Positions 10,787 to 21,900 of a stretch of DNA of 64,000 bases are shown piece after piece (within the stretch, counting starts at the first letter, position 1; every line of letters starts with the position of its first letter). This DNA comes from a virus, in the IMG/VR virus record IMGVR_UViG_3300005805_000058, positions 26,269-90,268 of that record; one strand, 5' to 3'. The notes under the pieces are model-generated. The model worked only from the letters and a program-made list of their open reading frames with translations, had not been told where the DNA came from and did no database searches. Position numbers and translations under genes: made by a program.

Positions 10787-13700
10787 TGAGTAAATGTTCA
10801 CTTGATATAAGAAAAGACATTATTGATGCAGCAGGTAAAAAACTTGTTGACAAAGGAGCAATTGTTGATGGGAATGTTGGATACTTTCCTAACCCTAACA
10901 AATCTTCTGATGCAATTCTTTCTGTAAATAAAGAATTCAATGATCTTGTTGTAAAAGAAAGTGAAAAAGGTTCTTTCTTTATAGATCCTTCTAATGCTCT
11001 TGTGGACATTTATTTTGAGGAATATAAAAGAAATCTTCCACCAGATGTTTCTCTACAGATTGAAACATTACCAGCACCTGTAGCATCTAAGGAAACTATT
11101 TCTAAGATGAAAGAGGCTGCTAAGCAGATGGGTATTAGCATTGAGGACTTAGCTGATTATGCTAAGAAGACAGGACTAGATATCAACTCTGTAAACGGTG
11201 TGGCTGATTTGGCTAGAGGATCTGTAGCTATAGCTCTTGGTAGAGAAGATGTAGCTCTTACAGAGGAGATTGTGCACATAGCTAGTGCTATTATAGAGCA
11301 AGTGAATCCAACTCTGATGACTAAGATGATTGCAGAGATTGGTAAATACGATGTATACAAACAAGTATTTGATCAGTATAAAGACAACAAATACTATCAA
11401 CTTCCTGATGGCAGACCAAACATTCGTAAGATTAAGAAGGAAGCTGTAGACAGATTAATTGTAGAAAAGATTATTGAGCAGTCTGAAGGAAACGCAGAGT
11501 TCCCTAGTAAGAAAGAAGTTGAAGAAAGAAACCTAGCTCAAAGATTATGGGATGCTATTCTAGACTTCATCAAATCTTTATACAACAAAACAAATGTTGA
11601 TCTATTTGGAGAAGCTGCTACAGCAATCTCTGAAGGAGCTGTAGGAGGTACAACAGCTGATATTATTGGAGCTGAAGTGTTCTTACAGATTGATAATGAG
11701 CAAGTTAACAAGATCTATGATACAATTGTAGACAGAGATAGTAGATTAGTCTTGAATCCAAAAACTGCTGGAGACAAAAGACACTACTTGTTTGATGGTA
11801 AAAGAGTGGCTCTATCTGTTACAGAAAAGACAAAGGGTAAAGATCACAATGAGCGTAGTGAGTTTGATAAGAAACAAGATGATTATAAACAAGAATGGGG
11901 ACTGGCTGGACATGGGTTTATTGAAAACACGCTTATCAATGATATGTTTGATAAGGATGGTTATGCTAAAGCTGAGTTCACAAACACTTCTTTAGATACA
12001 CCTTTAAATGAAACTATACAGAAAGGCATCAGATCTTATCTAGAGGAACTAGTTAGATCTTATGCTCCAGGTACAAGATTCCTTGTAGAAAGAAAGGCTG
12101 TGAATGATAAGGTGAAAGGAATGATTGCTTCCACAATAGACTTGATAGCTATTGAGCCTGTTGTTAAAGAAGATGGTACAAAGGATATGAAGGTGGATGT
12201 GTACGATTGGAAGTTTACCAACTTTGACAAAACTACCAACGAAGATATTCCTTTCTATAAGCAGAACGAATGGAAAGCACAGATGGGTGAATACACCAAG
12301 ATGTTGTACAACTATGGTGTTAAACCAAACCAGCTCAGAAGAACAAGAATGATTCCTTTTATTGCCAATTATGACAGAGCAATTAAAGGAGATAAGAACA
12401 GTAAGCTCATGCTTAAGTCTTTAGAGATTGGTAAGTTTGATAGCTTGAAAGAAACTAAACTCTATCTACTTCCTGTTGCATTAGATACAGAGTCTACAAA
12501 TGTAAAGAAGGTGGATGAGCTTAAAGCTTCATTACAAAATCAATGGGAGAAGCTTTACAAGAAGCCTGTTAGTCCTGAAGAGAAGTTCCAAAAGAACATA
12601 CAATTGAACGAGCTTTCTAAAGCTATACGTTCATTACATATGAAGCTTGACTTTGCTCCTTTGTATAATGTAGGAGCTACTTTCCTTGACAGAGCTAAGA
12701 AAGCATTTGAAGAGTTTGAGAACATAGACTACTCAGGTCTTACACAAGATGATATAGCCACTAAGCTTGGAGAACTCCTTGAGTTCAAAGCAAGTGCTGA
12801 GAAGTTTGCCAATCTAGATGATACATATCTTTTTGTCACTCCAAAGGATAAGATGAATGACGAAGAGAAAAAGGTGTTTGATAATCTATCAAAGCTGTCT
12901 GATTCTACAGACAGAATGATTGATAGAATTGAGGAGCTTCAAAAAGACTTTGTTGTACAATATGCTCTTAAACAAGGAGTTACAACAGAGAAAACTAAAA
13001 TGAATATTCTCAACGCTGAGAGAGAACTTGACTTCATTGCTAAAACATTCCTTGAAGGATCTAAGCTTTCTTCTAGAGTGATAAGACTTGCGTCTAATAC
13101 AATCCTCAAAGCAAGAAACCTTGTAGCATTGAAAACCAGTGAGATGGTGGCTGAGCTAAGTCCTTTATTGATAGATCTTGAGAAAGAAGCATCTACCAAA
13201 GGTGTGAAAGCTTTTGACATGATTGGTAAGGTGGAAGGAGATCAATTGTCTCTTGTTAAGAAGATAGACAAGAGTTTCTGGAACGAGATATCAAAAGCAA
13301 AGGCTGACAACAATAAGAAGTTCTTCCTTGATAACATGGATGTTGAGGAGTATAGAAAGCGTGCAAAGGAAGCTATAGCTGCAGGAACAAGAGAACTAGA
13401 ACTTACAAAGTTCTCATCTGATCCTGAGAAAGATTCTGATATAAGAGAATACAGAATCAAAAAACTTAGAGATTCTTTAGACATTGATAGTGAAAGCTTT
13501 AATGGATATGATGGGTATCAGTTTGCCTATCTATTCAATAGGTCTATGAATGAAGAACAACATTATTCAAAAGACTATGAGGAACTTAAAAAGAATCCAG
13601 CAGCATTTAAAGTGTGGCAGTTCTTCACTAGACTAAATGAGATGGGTAGAGAAATGGGCTACCTTGATCAAAAAGGATTATCGTTCTTCCCACTTGTAGA

Positions 13701-15666
13701 AGCCACTATGGTGGATAAGCTTGCTCAAACTAAAGACTTTGCAGGTGAGTTAAAAGACTTGTACAAAGACTTGTACACTACAAAGGATTATGAAGACATT
13801 TCATTTTCAAAGATTGATCCAGAAACAGGTAAGCTCAAGAAAACTATTCCTAGATATTTCACTAGAACAGAAAGAAGTGTAGAGCAATTGTCTAAAGACC
13901 TCACTAAGATTGGACCATTGTGGATAAAGTCTTTGTTAGAATATGATGCAAGACAGAGCATGGAAGCTATGCTTCTTACAATGCATGCTGTTGAGAAAGC
14001 AAAAGGTCACATTATTCTTGAGAACAACAAGATTGTTTATGACCAGAGTGGTGATCCTAGAGTGAGTAAAGATTCTAATAAGAATGCTGACATACTTGAG
14101 AAGATAAATGATGACTACCTATATGGACTAGGAGAGAACCTTGATTCAATAGGAAACATTGCTATTGGTAAGGTGGGAGAGCTTTCAGGAAAAACAGCAG
14201 AACAACGAGAGAAAAGAACAGTGAATATAAAAAAAGGATTGGAGAACTCAAACGCTCTAATGCAAGCTCTTGCTGTAGGTTTAAAGTTTGCTGTAGCTAT
14301 TCCTAACTACTTTGGTGTAAACTTCCACGCATTCATCAATGCTGGTAACTTCTACACCTTTAAAGAGTTCCAGAAAAAGAACATGCAAGTCACTACTGGT
14401 GTAGGACTAAGTACAACTGATAAAGCTCTTCTAGATACGTTAGTTCCAATTAATGAGGATATTGCTAAAGAGGAACAAAGAAAGCTAGCCAAGAAGCAAG
14501 GATATTTGAAATATCTAAGTACATGGTCATTAATTGATGTTGCCATGATTACTAACTCTTGGCCAGAGAGAAAGCTTCAGTATGCTAATGCATTGGCTTT
14601 CAATGAGAACTCTATGGTGGTGGATGGTAAGATTGTTAACATCCGTCAGTATCTAAGAACTAAGGATAGAGCTGATAAATATAAAATGTCTGTAGAAGAA
14701 AGACGTAATCTTGAGGACACATTTGAAAATAGAGTGAAAGAACTACAGGAAACCAAGTCTCTTTCTAAGGTGGCTAAGGTGGAGAATGACAGACTTGTAA
14801 TCCCTGATGTTAGTCAAGAGGAACTTGCTGCCTATCGTACAAAGGTGATTGAGTTTGGTAGAACCTTGAACGGTCAGATGAGCTTGGATAACAGAGCTGA
14901 TTATAGAAGAGATACTATTCTGAAGTCATTTATGATGTTCAAGAACTGGATACCTAAACAAGTTTCTCAACGTACATTAGACATCCAAAAGAACAATGAA
15001 CTTGATGAGTGGGAGTACGGTAGAATGAGGGTGTTCTTCAAGACATGGTCAAGACTTGCTAACTATAACATATTCAAAATCAAGCACATACTAGCAGGTG
15101 ATGAGGAAGGATTGAGAATATTGGATGAGATATTAGAGGAGAAAAGAAGAACATATAAAGAGAAAACTGGTCAGGAGTTAGAAATAACAGACGAGGAGTT
15201 TTATGATTTGATGAGAGGAGAACTCTCTAGAGCTGTGAAGGAACTAGGATTGTTATTTGCAACAATGGCATTGATTATAGCTGCAAAAGCTGCCATTCCT
15301 CCAGAGGACGAAGATCCTATCACTGCCAACAAATATAAGTTCTACATAAAGCTTATGACAAAGATAGAGGATGAACTTGCTTTCTATTACAGCCCTCTTT
15401 CTTTTGAGAGTGTAACAAAGGGAAGTATTTTCCCAGCACTTGGTATTGCTACAAAAGCATCAAAAGCAGTGAAAGATCTTGGTAGAGAGGTGCAGGGAAC
15501 CATTACAGGTGATGAACAGCTTACAGAAAAAGCTCATCCAGTTAGAAGATTCCTTGATCTTATTCCTGGTCCTTCTCAGTTCCAACAGGAGATCTTACCA
15601 CTGATTGATCCAGAGCTAGCTAAGGAAATGGGCATCAGAGTGACAGCTGAACCAAGGAGACAATAA
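10786..15666 (+). CDS. Large ejection/cargo-type virion protein with a PD-(D/E)XK nuclease-like domain
   Basis: The ATG at 10786 overlaps the upstream TAA (TAATG). It has a degenerate zincin-like EEIVH, a RecB-like IDLIAI...VYDWK...Q...Y motif and a hydrophobic segment near the C-terminus. Its position next to the vRNAP matches crAss-like phages. Confidence 0.7.
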   Translation: MSKCSLDIRKDIIDAAGKKLVDKGAIVDGNVGYFPNPNKSSDAILSVNKEFNDLVVKESEKGSFFIDPSNALVDIYFEEYKRNLPPDVSLQIETLPAPVASKETISKMKEAAKQMGISIEDLADYAKKTGLDINSVNGVADLARGSVAIALGREDVALTEEIVHIASAIIEQVNPTLMTKMIAEIGKYDVYKQVFDQYKDNKYYQLPDGRPNIRKIKKEAVDRLIVEKIIEQSEGNAEFPSKKEVEERNLAQRLWDAILDFIKSLYNKTNVDLFGEAATAISEGAVGGTTADIIGAEVFLQIDNEQVNKIYDTIVDRDSRLVLNPKTAGDKRHYLFDGKRVALSVTEKTKGKDHNERSEFDKKQDDYKQEWGLAGHGFIENTLINDMFDKDGYAKAEFTNTSLDTPLNETIQKGIRSYLEELVRSYAPGTRFLVERKAVNDKVKGMIASTIDLIAIEPVVKEDGTKDMKVDVYDWKFTNFDKTTNEDIPFYKQNEWKAQMGEYTKMLYNYGVKPNQLRRTRMIPFIANYDRAIKGDKNSKLMLKSLEIGKFDSLKETKLYLLPVALDTESTNVKKVDELKASLQNQWEKLYKKPVSPEEKFQKNIQLNELSKAIRSLHMKLDFAPLYNVGATFLDRAKKAFEEFENIDYSGLTQDDIATKLGELLEFKASAEKFANLDDTYLFVTPKDKMNDEEKKVFDNLSKLSDSTDRMIDRIEELQKDFVVQYALKQGVTTEKTKMNILNAERELDFIAKTFLEGSKLSSRVIRLASNTILKARNLVALKTSEMVAELSPLLIDLEKEASTKGVKAFDMIGKVEGDQLSLVKKIDKSFWNEISKAKADNNKKFFLDNMDVEEYRKRAKEAIAAGTRELELTKFSSDPEKDSDIREYRIKKLRDSLDIDSESFNGYDGYQFAYLFNRSMNEEQHYSKDYEELKKNPAAFKVWQFFTRLNEMGREMGYLDQKGLSFFPLVEATMVDKLAQTKDFAGELKDLYKDLYTTKDYEDISFSKIDPETGKLKKTIPRYFTRTERSVEQLSKDLTKIGPLWIKSLLEYDARQSMEAMLLTMHAVEKAKGHIILENNKIVYDQSGDPRVSKDSNKNADILEKINDDYLYGLGENLDSIGNIAIGKVGELSGKTAEQREKRTVNIKKGLENSNALMQALAVGLKFAVAIPNYFGVNFHAFINAGNFYTFKEFQKKNMQVTTGVGLSTTDKALLDTLVPINEDIAKEEQRKLAKKQGYLKYLSTWSLIDVAMITNSWPERKLQYANALAFNENSMVVDGKIVNIRQYLRTKDRADKYKMSVEERRNLEDTFENRVKELQETKSLSKVAKVENDRLVIPDVSQEELAAYRTKVIEFGRTLNGQMSLDNRADYRRDTILKSFMMFKNWIPKQVSQRTLDIQKNNELDEWEYGRMRVFFKTWSRLANYNIFKIKHILAGDEEGLRILDEILEEKRRTYKEKTGQELEITDEEFYDLMRGELSRAVKELGLLFATMALIIAAKAAIPPEDEDPITANKYKFYIKLMTKIEDELAFYYSPLSFESVTKGSIFPALGIATKASKAVKDLGREVQGTITGDEQLTEKAHPVRRFLDLIPGPSQFQQEILPLIDPELAKEMGIRVTAEPRRQ

Positions 15667-15679
15667 ACTGGTTTCTATA

Positions 15680-15690
15680 GCTATATTATG
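15680..15690 (+). promoter_or_regulatory. GCTATATTATG motif (candidate phage late-promoter element), copy 1
   Basis: This exact 11-mer recurs in the intergenic region at 40404-40414. Confidence 0.35.
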
Positions 15691-15708
15691 TCTAAAACTT
15701 TCTTCTAA

Positions 15709-15741
15709 GTCATTGAAAATCATTTAAAACAATTAACTTTG
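15709..15741 (+). promoter_or_regulatory. Bacteroidota sigma-A-type -7 element TAACTTTG with upstream GTCATTGAAAATCA box
   Basis: TAACTTTG at 15734-15741, 5 nt before the ATG at 15747. The same architecture occurs at 42341-42374. Confidence 0.6.
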
Positions 15742-15746
15742 TAACT

Positions 15747-15956
15747 ATGCGTATTGCCACAATTTGCCCAACGTGTGCCACACAGATTAACTCTGTGTGC
15801 GTAATTTATGATGGTGAATATCTTGCTAACATAGATGTAGCTCCAGGAGATACCCTTGAGGAGATCCTAGCTAAAATCAATGGTAGCTGTGCTTGCACAA
15901 CTACTACTACAACTAGCAGTTCAACCACCACAACAACTACTACTATAGCACCATAA
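15747..15956 (+). CDS. Small Cys-rich protein with poly-Thr tail; paralogue of the fibre N-terminal anchor
   Basis: CPTC..INSVCVIYDGEYL..I...DTLEEILAKI aligns with the fibre start C...CP..LNSTCVFYEGANL..I...DNLQTALQKI. It ends TTTTTTSSSTTTTTTTIAP. Confidence 0.8.
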   Translation: MRIATICPTCATQINSVCVIYDGEYLANIDVAPGDTLEEILAKINGSCACTTTTTTSSSTTTTTTTIAP

Positions 15957-15966
15957 CTTAATATAC

Positions 15967-18900
15967 ATGGAAGTTACTTGCGGAGCCACCCCCTGTCCAG
16001 TTATACTGAATAGCACCTGCGTATTTTACGAAGGTGCTAATCTCGTTTATACAGGCATTAACACTAATGACAATCTTCAAACTGCTCTACAGAAAATAGA
16101 TGCTAAGTTTCAAGATGCTGGTATAGGTTATATATTTCAGAACGGTATTATTCAAACAGCACCTGGTCAACCTGTAAAGTTGGGAGGATCGTTGGTTGAG
16201 AACACCATAATCAACAGTGCTGGCTACACATTTGAACTTACAGGTACTATTGAGTCTGCTGCATTCATCACCTCTGGAGGAACCTCAAGTGACTTTGTTA
16301 AGGGTGATGGTTCGTTAGATTCCACATCATATCAGCCTGCTGGTAACTACATCACAGGTTTGACAGGTGATGGTACAGCATCTGGTCCAGGTAATGTTCC
16401 TTTTACATTAGCTACAGTTAATGCTAATCCAGGAACTTATGGATCATCTACACTAATCCCTGTTGTAACAGTTAATGGTAAGGGATTGGTAACCAATGTC
16501 ACCACTACAGCTATAAGTGTTCCTTCTGGAACCATCATCTTACAGGGTGATGTGTCAGGTGTTGGCACTACAGGTGTGCCCCTAACAACCACGTTAGCAA
16601 CAGTTAATGCTAACGTTTATGGTGTTAACACTCCTCTTAAGTTTGCTGTAAATGCTAAAGGACTAGTTACATCAGCTGCTCCTCTTACAGCTGCTGACAT
16701 AATAACTATTCTTGGTTACACCCCTGTGCCTAGCACTAGGACAATAACCATCAATGGTGTTACATATGATTTGTCAGCTAACAGAACATGGAGCGTAGGA
16801 ACTGTAACAAGCGTTCAGCTTTCTCTTCCTTCAGCATTCTCAGTGACCACCCCTCCAATCACTTCCTCAGGAACAATAAACGTTGTTGCTACAGGTACCT
16901 CTGCTCAATACATCAGAGGTGATGGTACTATTGGTAACTTCTCAGTGGGCACCTCAGGAACCAGTGGTACGAGTGGTACATCCGCTACAAGTGGCACAAG
17001 TGGCACTACAGGAACCAGTGGATCTTCTGGTACATCTGGTACGAGTGCTACATCTGGTACATCAGGTTTATCTGGTGACAGATTTGCTACAACCTCCTCA
17101 GACACCTTCACACTTGGAAATGCTGGAACATTAACAGTGGATCCAGCATTGTCTTACACAGTGGGACAATCTATTGTTGTTGCATTTGATGCAACCAACT
17201 ATCAAGAGTGTGTGGTGATATCTTACAACTCAATCACAGGAGCATTACAATTTGGTGCTCCAAGCCTCACAGTTGGATCAGGAACTTATTCAGCTTGGGT
17301 TGTAAACTTGGATGGTGCAACTGGTGGTGATGGTTCTAGTGGTACATCTGGTACTACAGGAACTTCAGGCACTAGTGGAACAAGCGGTACATCAGCAACA
17401 AGTGGTACTTCTGGAACCTCTGGTACAACAGGTACGAGTGGTAGCAGTGGTACTAGTGCTACAGATGGTACATCAGGAACTAGTGGTACAACAGGAACTA
17501 GCGGTACAACTGGTACAAGTGGTACAACAGGTACCTCTGGAACCAGTGGTAGCAGTGGTTCTTCTGGATCATCAGGCTCTAGTGGAACAAGTGCAACTGA
17601 TGGTACAGGAGGAACCTCTGGTACTTCTGGCACAACAGGTAGTTCTGGAACAAGTGGAACTACAGGCACTAGTGGTACGTCTGGATCTTCTGGAACTGAT
17701 GGTACATCTGGTACAAGTGGTACAAGTGCCACTAGTGGTACGTCAGGCACAACAGGAACATCTGGAACTAGTGGTAGTACAGGTACATCAGGTACATCAG
17801 GAACATCAGGAAGTAGTGGTACCTCTGCAACAGATGGTACTGGTGGTACAAGTGGTACTAGCGGAACTTCAGGAAGTAGTGGAACTACAGGTACATCAGG
17901 TACTAGTGGTTCGTCAGGTACAAGTGCCACAGATGGAACTTCAGGTACATCAGGCAGTACAGGAACTAGCGGCACAAGTGGAACTAGTGGAACTAGCGGA
18001 ACAACAGGTACTTCAGGTACATCTGGTTTGTCAGGGGATAGGTATGCCACTACATCAAGCACAACATATACATTACAAAACCCTGGTAATACAGGTACAA
18101 TCACTGTAGATCCATATTTGGCATATACAGTGGGTCAGTCTATTATAATTGCCTACGATGCAACTAACTATCAGGAAGCTGAGGTGACCTCATACAACTC
18201 TGGTACAGGTAGTTTGTCATTCACCACTGTTACAAAGGTGGGAAGTGGAACTTATTCTTCATGGCAGGTAAACCTTGACGGTGCTACAGGTGGTAATGGT
18301 ACAGATGGTACCTCAGGTACTAGCGGTACCTCTGCTACATCAGGCACTTCAGGTACGTCTGGTTCTAGTGGCACAAGTGGAACAACTGGTACTTCAGGTA
18401 GCAGTGGTACATCAGCTACTAGTGGAACTTCTGCAACATCTGGTACTTCTGGAACTACAGGAACTTCTGGAACCACTGGTACAAGTGGAACTAGTGGCAC
18501 AACAGGTACTAGTGGTACGACAGGAACATCTGGTTCCTCAGGTACTAGTGCTACATCAGGAACTTCAGGAACAAGTGCTACGGATGGCACTGGAGGAACA
18601 AGTGGAACGAGTGGTACTACAGGAACCTCAGGTAGTAGTGGTACATCAGCCACATCTGGTTCATCAGGTACATCTGCAACTTCTGGCACCAGTGGAACAT
18701 CTGGAACAAATGGTAGTGCAGGTACTAGTGGCACCAGTGGTACTACAGGTACTAGTGGCACGTCAGGAACTAGTGGTACAGCAGGTAGCCCAGGTACATC
18801 AGGTACGTCAGGTACAAGCGGAACTACAGGTACAAGTGGAACATCTGGTACTAATGGATCAGCAGGTACTAGTGGAACAAGTGGAACAAGTGGAAGTAGT

Positions 18901-21900
18901 GGTACAAGTGGTACAAACGGAACAGGTGGCACTTCAGGTACTACAGGTACTAGCGGTACGAGTGGAACAACTGGTACAAGTGGTACTAGTGGAACATCTG
19001 GTACTAATGGTACAGGTGGAACCAGTGGTACTACAGGTACATCAGGAAGCTCTGGTACAAGTGGTTCAAGTGGAACCTCAGGTACAACAGGCACCTCAGG
19101 TACATCTGCTACCAGTGGAACAAGTGGTACGACAGGAACTAGTGGAACTAGTGGTGCAAATGGAACAAACGGTACAAGTGGAACAAGTGCTACATCTGGA
19201 ACTAGTGGTTCGAGTGCAACCTCTGGCACAAGTGGTACAACAGGAACAAGTGGTACGAGTGGCACTAGTGCTACAAGTGGCACGTCTGGTACTAGCGGCA
19301 CTACAGGTACTAGTGGTTCAAGTGGTAGCTCTGGCACATCTGCAACTAGTGGTACATCAGGCACCACAGGTACAAGTGGCTCATCAGGAACATCTGGCAC
19401 CACTGGTACATCAGGATCTTCTGGTTTGAGTGGAGATAGATTTGCTACAACATCTTCTTCTACATACACACTACAAGCTGCAGGAAATACAGGAACAATC
19501 ACTGTGGGAACAGGACTTGCCTACACTGTAGGTCAGTCTATCATCATAGTGTATGATATAAATAATTACCAAGAAGCAGAGGTGACATCTTACAATCCTG
19601 GTACAGGATCTCTTAGCTTTAATACTATTACACAAGTGGGTTCAGGAACTTATAGTTCTTGGACAGTGAACCTAGATGGTGCTACAGGAGGTGATGGATC
19701 AAGTGGTACAAGCGGTACAACTGGTACATCTGGAACTTCAGGCACATCAGGTACAACAGGCACTAGTGGGTCTAGTGGTACAAGTGGAACCACTGGCACA
19801 TCTGGAAGTTCTGGATCTAGTGGTACATCTGCTACATCAGGAACATCTGCTACATCAGGTACTTCTGGCACTAACGGAACAGGAGGAACAAGTGGTACAT
19901 CTGGTACAGCTGGAACATCTGGTACATCAGGAACCACAGGAACTAGTGGCACAAGCGGAAGCAGTGGTGTGAATGGTACAAATGGTACGAGTGGAACTTC
20001 TGGCTCTAGTGGTACAACAGGTACGTCTGGTACAACAGGTACAAGCGGATCAAGTGGTACAGCTGGAACAAGCGGTACTAGTGGCACTACAGGCACAAGT
20101 GGTACAAGTGGTACTAATGGAAGTGCTGGTACATCAGGTACAAGTGGTACAACAGGCACTTCTGGTACTTCTGGAACTAGTGGTACTAATGGCACAGGTG
20201 GTACATCTGGCACATCAGGCACTAGTGGAACCACTGGAACTAGTGGTTCATCAGGAACCAGTGGCACTTCTGGAACTACAGGTACATCTGGCACTAGCGG
20301 TTCTAGTGGAAGTTCTGGTTCTTCAGGTACATCAGTAGCTGTAGCAGGAACACAAGAATACATTGTTAAGTTTACATCAGCTACAACAATTGGTGACAGT
20401 CTCACTTGTCAGAAAGCCAATGGTGATCTTTGTGTTAACTTAACAGGTGGAGTTGGTGTAGATGTTGGTAAAGGTGGTGGATCTGTTGCTACAAATACAG
20501 CTATTGGTAATAGTGCATTAGTTAATAATACAACAGGTACAAGTAACTTAGCCGTAGGATATAAAGCACTTTGTTCAAACACAATAGGAGGTGCAAACAC
20601 AGCAATAGGTGTCTCTAGCTTAACAAGTAATACAACAGGAGCTAGTAACACTAGTGTTGGTGTAAGCTCAATGACTGGTAATACAACTGGTACACAAAAC
20701 TCAGCATTTGGTGCAAATGCTCTTAGATGCAATATTACAGGTATACTGAATGTAGCTGTAGGATTTAATGCTTTATTTGCCAATACAGGAGGTATTAGAA
20801 ATGTAGCAGTAGGTAACAGTGCTTTAGGAAATAACACAATTGGTACTAACAACACTGCAGTAGGAGATTATGCTTTATTAGCAAACACAACTTCAAATAA
20901 TACTGCAGTTGGAAATAACGCATTGAGATGTAACACTATAGGTACACGTAATGTTGCCGTGGGTGTTAATGCTTTACTTTCAAACACTACAGGAAATAAC
21001 AACACGGCAATAGGATATCAAACCATGTGTGCAAACACATATGGTTTTAACAATACATCTATAGGACATGGTGCTTTACGTAATAACACAACAGGCACTC
21101 AAAATACAGCTGTAGGTTTACATGCTTTACAATGTAGCACAACAGCAAACTGTAACACAGCTTTAGGTTTCTATGCACTTAGAGTGAATACAACAGGTAG
21201 TCAGAACACTGCTGTAGGGTGGTGTGCCTTAGTGTCTAACCTTGGTGGTACACACAACGTAGCTGTTGGTATCAATGCACTAAGAAGTAACACTTATGGT
21301 TTAAGAAACGTAGCTGTTGGTGAAGGTGCATTAACTTCTAACTTAGGATCTTATAACGTGGGTGTAGGTAGAGCAGCTCTTTCTGCAAACACCACAGGTA
21401 GTGGTAACGTAGCGGTGGGTAGAAATGCAGCAGCTTCTAACACAATAGGGTTTGGTAATGTGGCTGTGGGTGATCAATCATTGGCAAATGCAACTACAGC
21501 TTGCTATAACACAGCTGTAGGTTCTACAGCACTACAAGCAACAACAACTGGTGCAAACAATACAGCTGTAGGATTCTGTTCACTTAGAAATAACACTACA
21601 GGAGCTGGTAATGCAGCAGTTGGTAGAAGTTCATTACAATCAAACACAATTGGTTTTAGTAATGCGGCTTTAGGTTCCTACTCATTATACAAAAACACAA
21701 CAGGTCAAAGTAACACAGCCGTTGGAGCAAGTTCTTTAGAAAATAATACAACAGGTATTAGAAACGTTGCTGTAGGTAGTTTAGCATTACAACAGAACAT
21801 AATAGGTAGCAGTAATACTGCTTTAGGTTTTTCAGCTTTACAATGTAACACAACTTCAAACAACACTGCAGTTGGTTTCTGTACACTTAGATCAAATACC

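Noticed and set aside
16883-20405. Long alternative-frame ORFs (VPLVPEVP..., VVQQVLVV...) in the GTS region
   Set aside because: They are shadows of the stop-poor GGN-ACN-AGT/TCN repeat and have no independent start signals.
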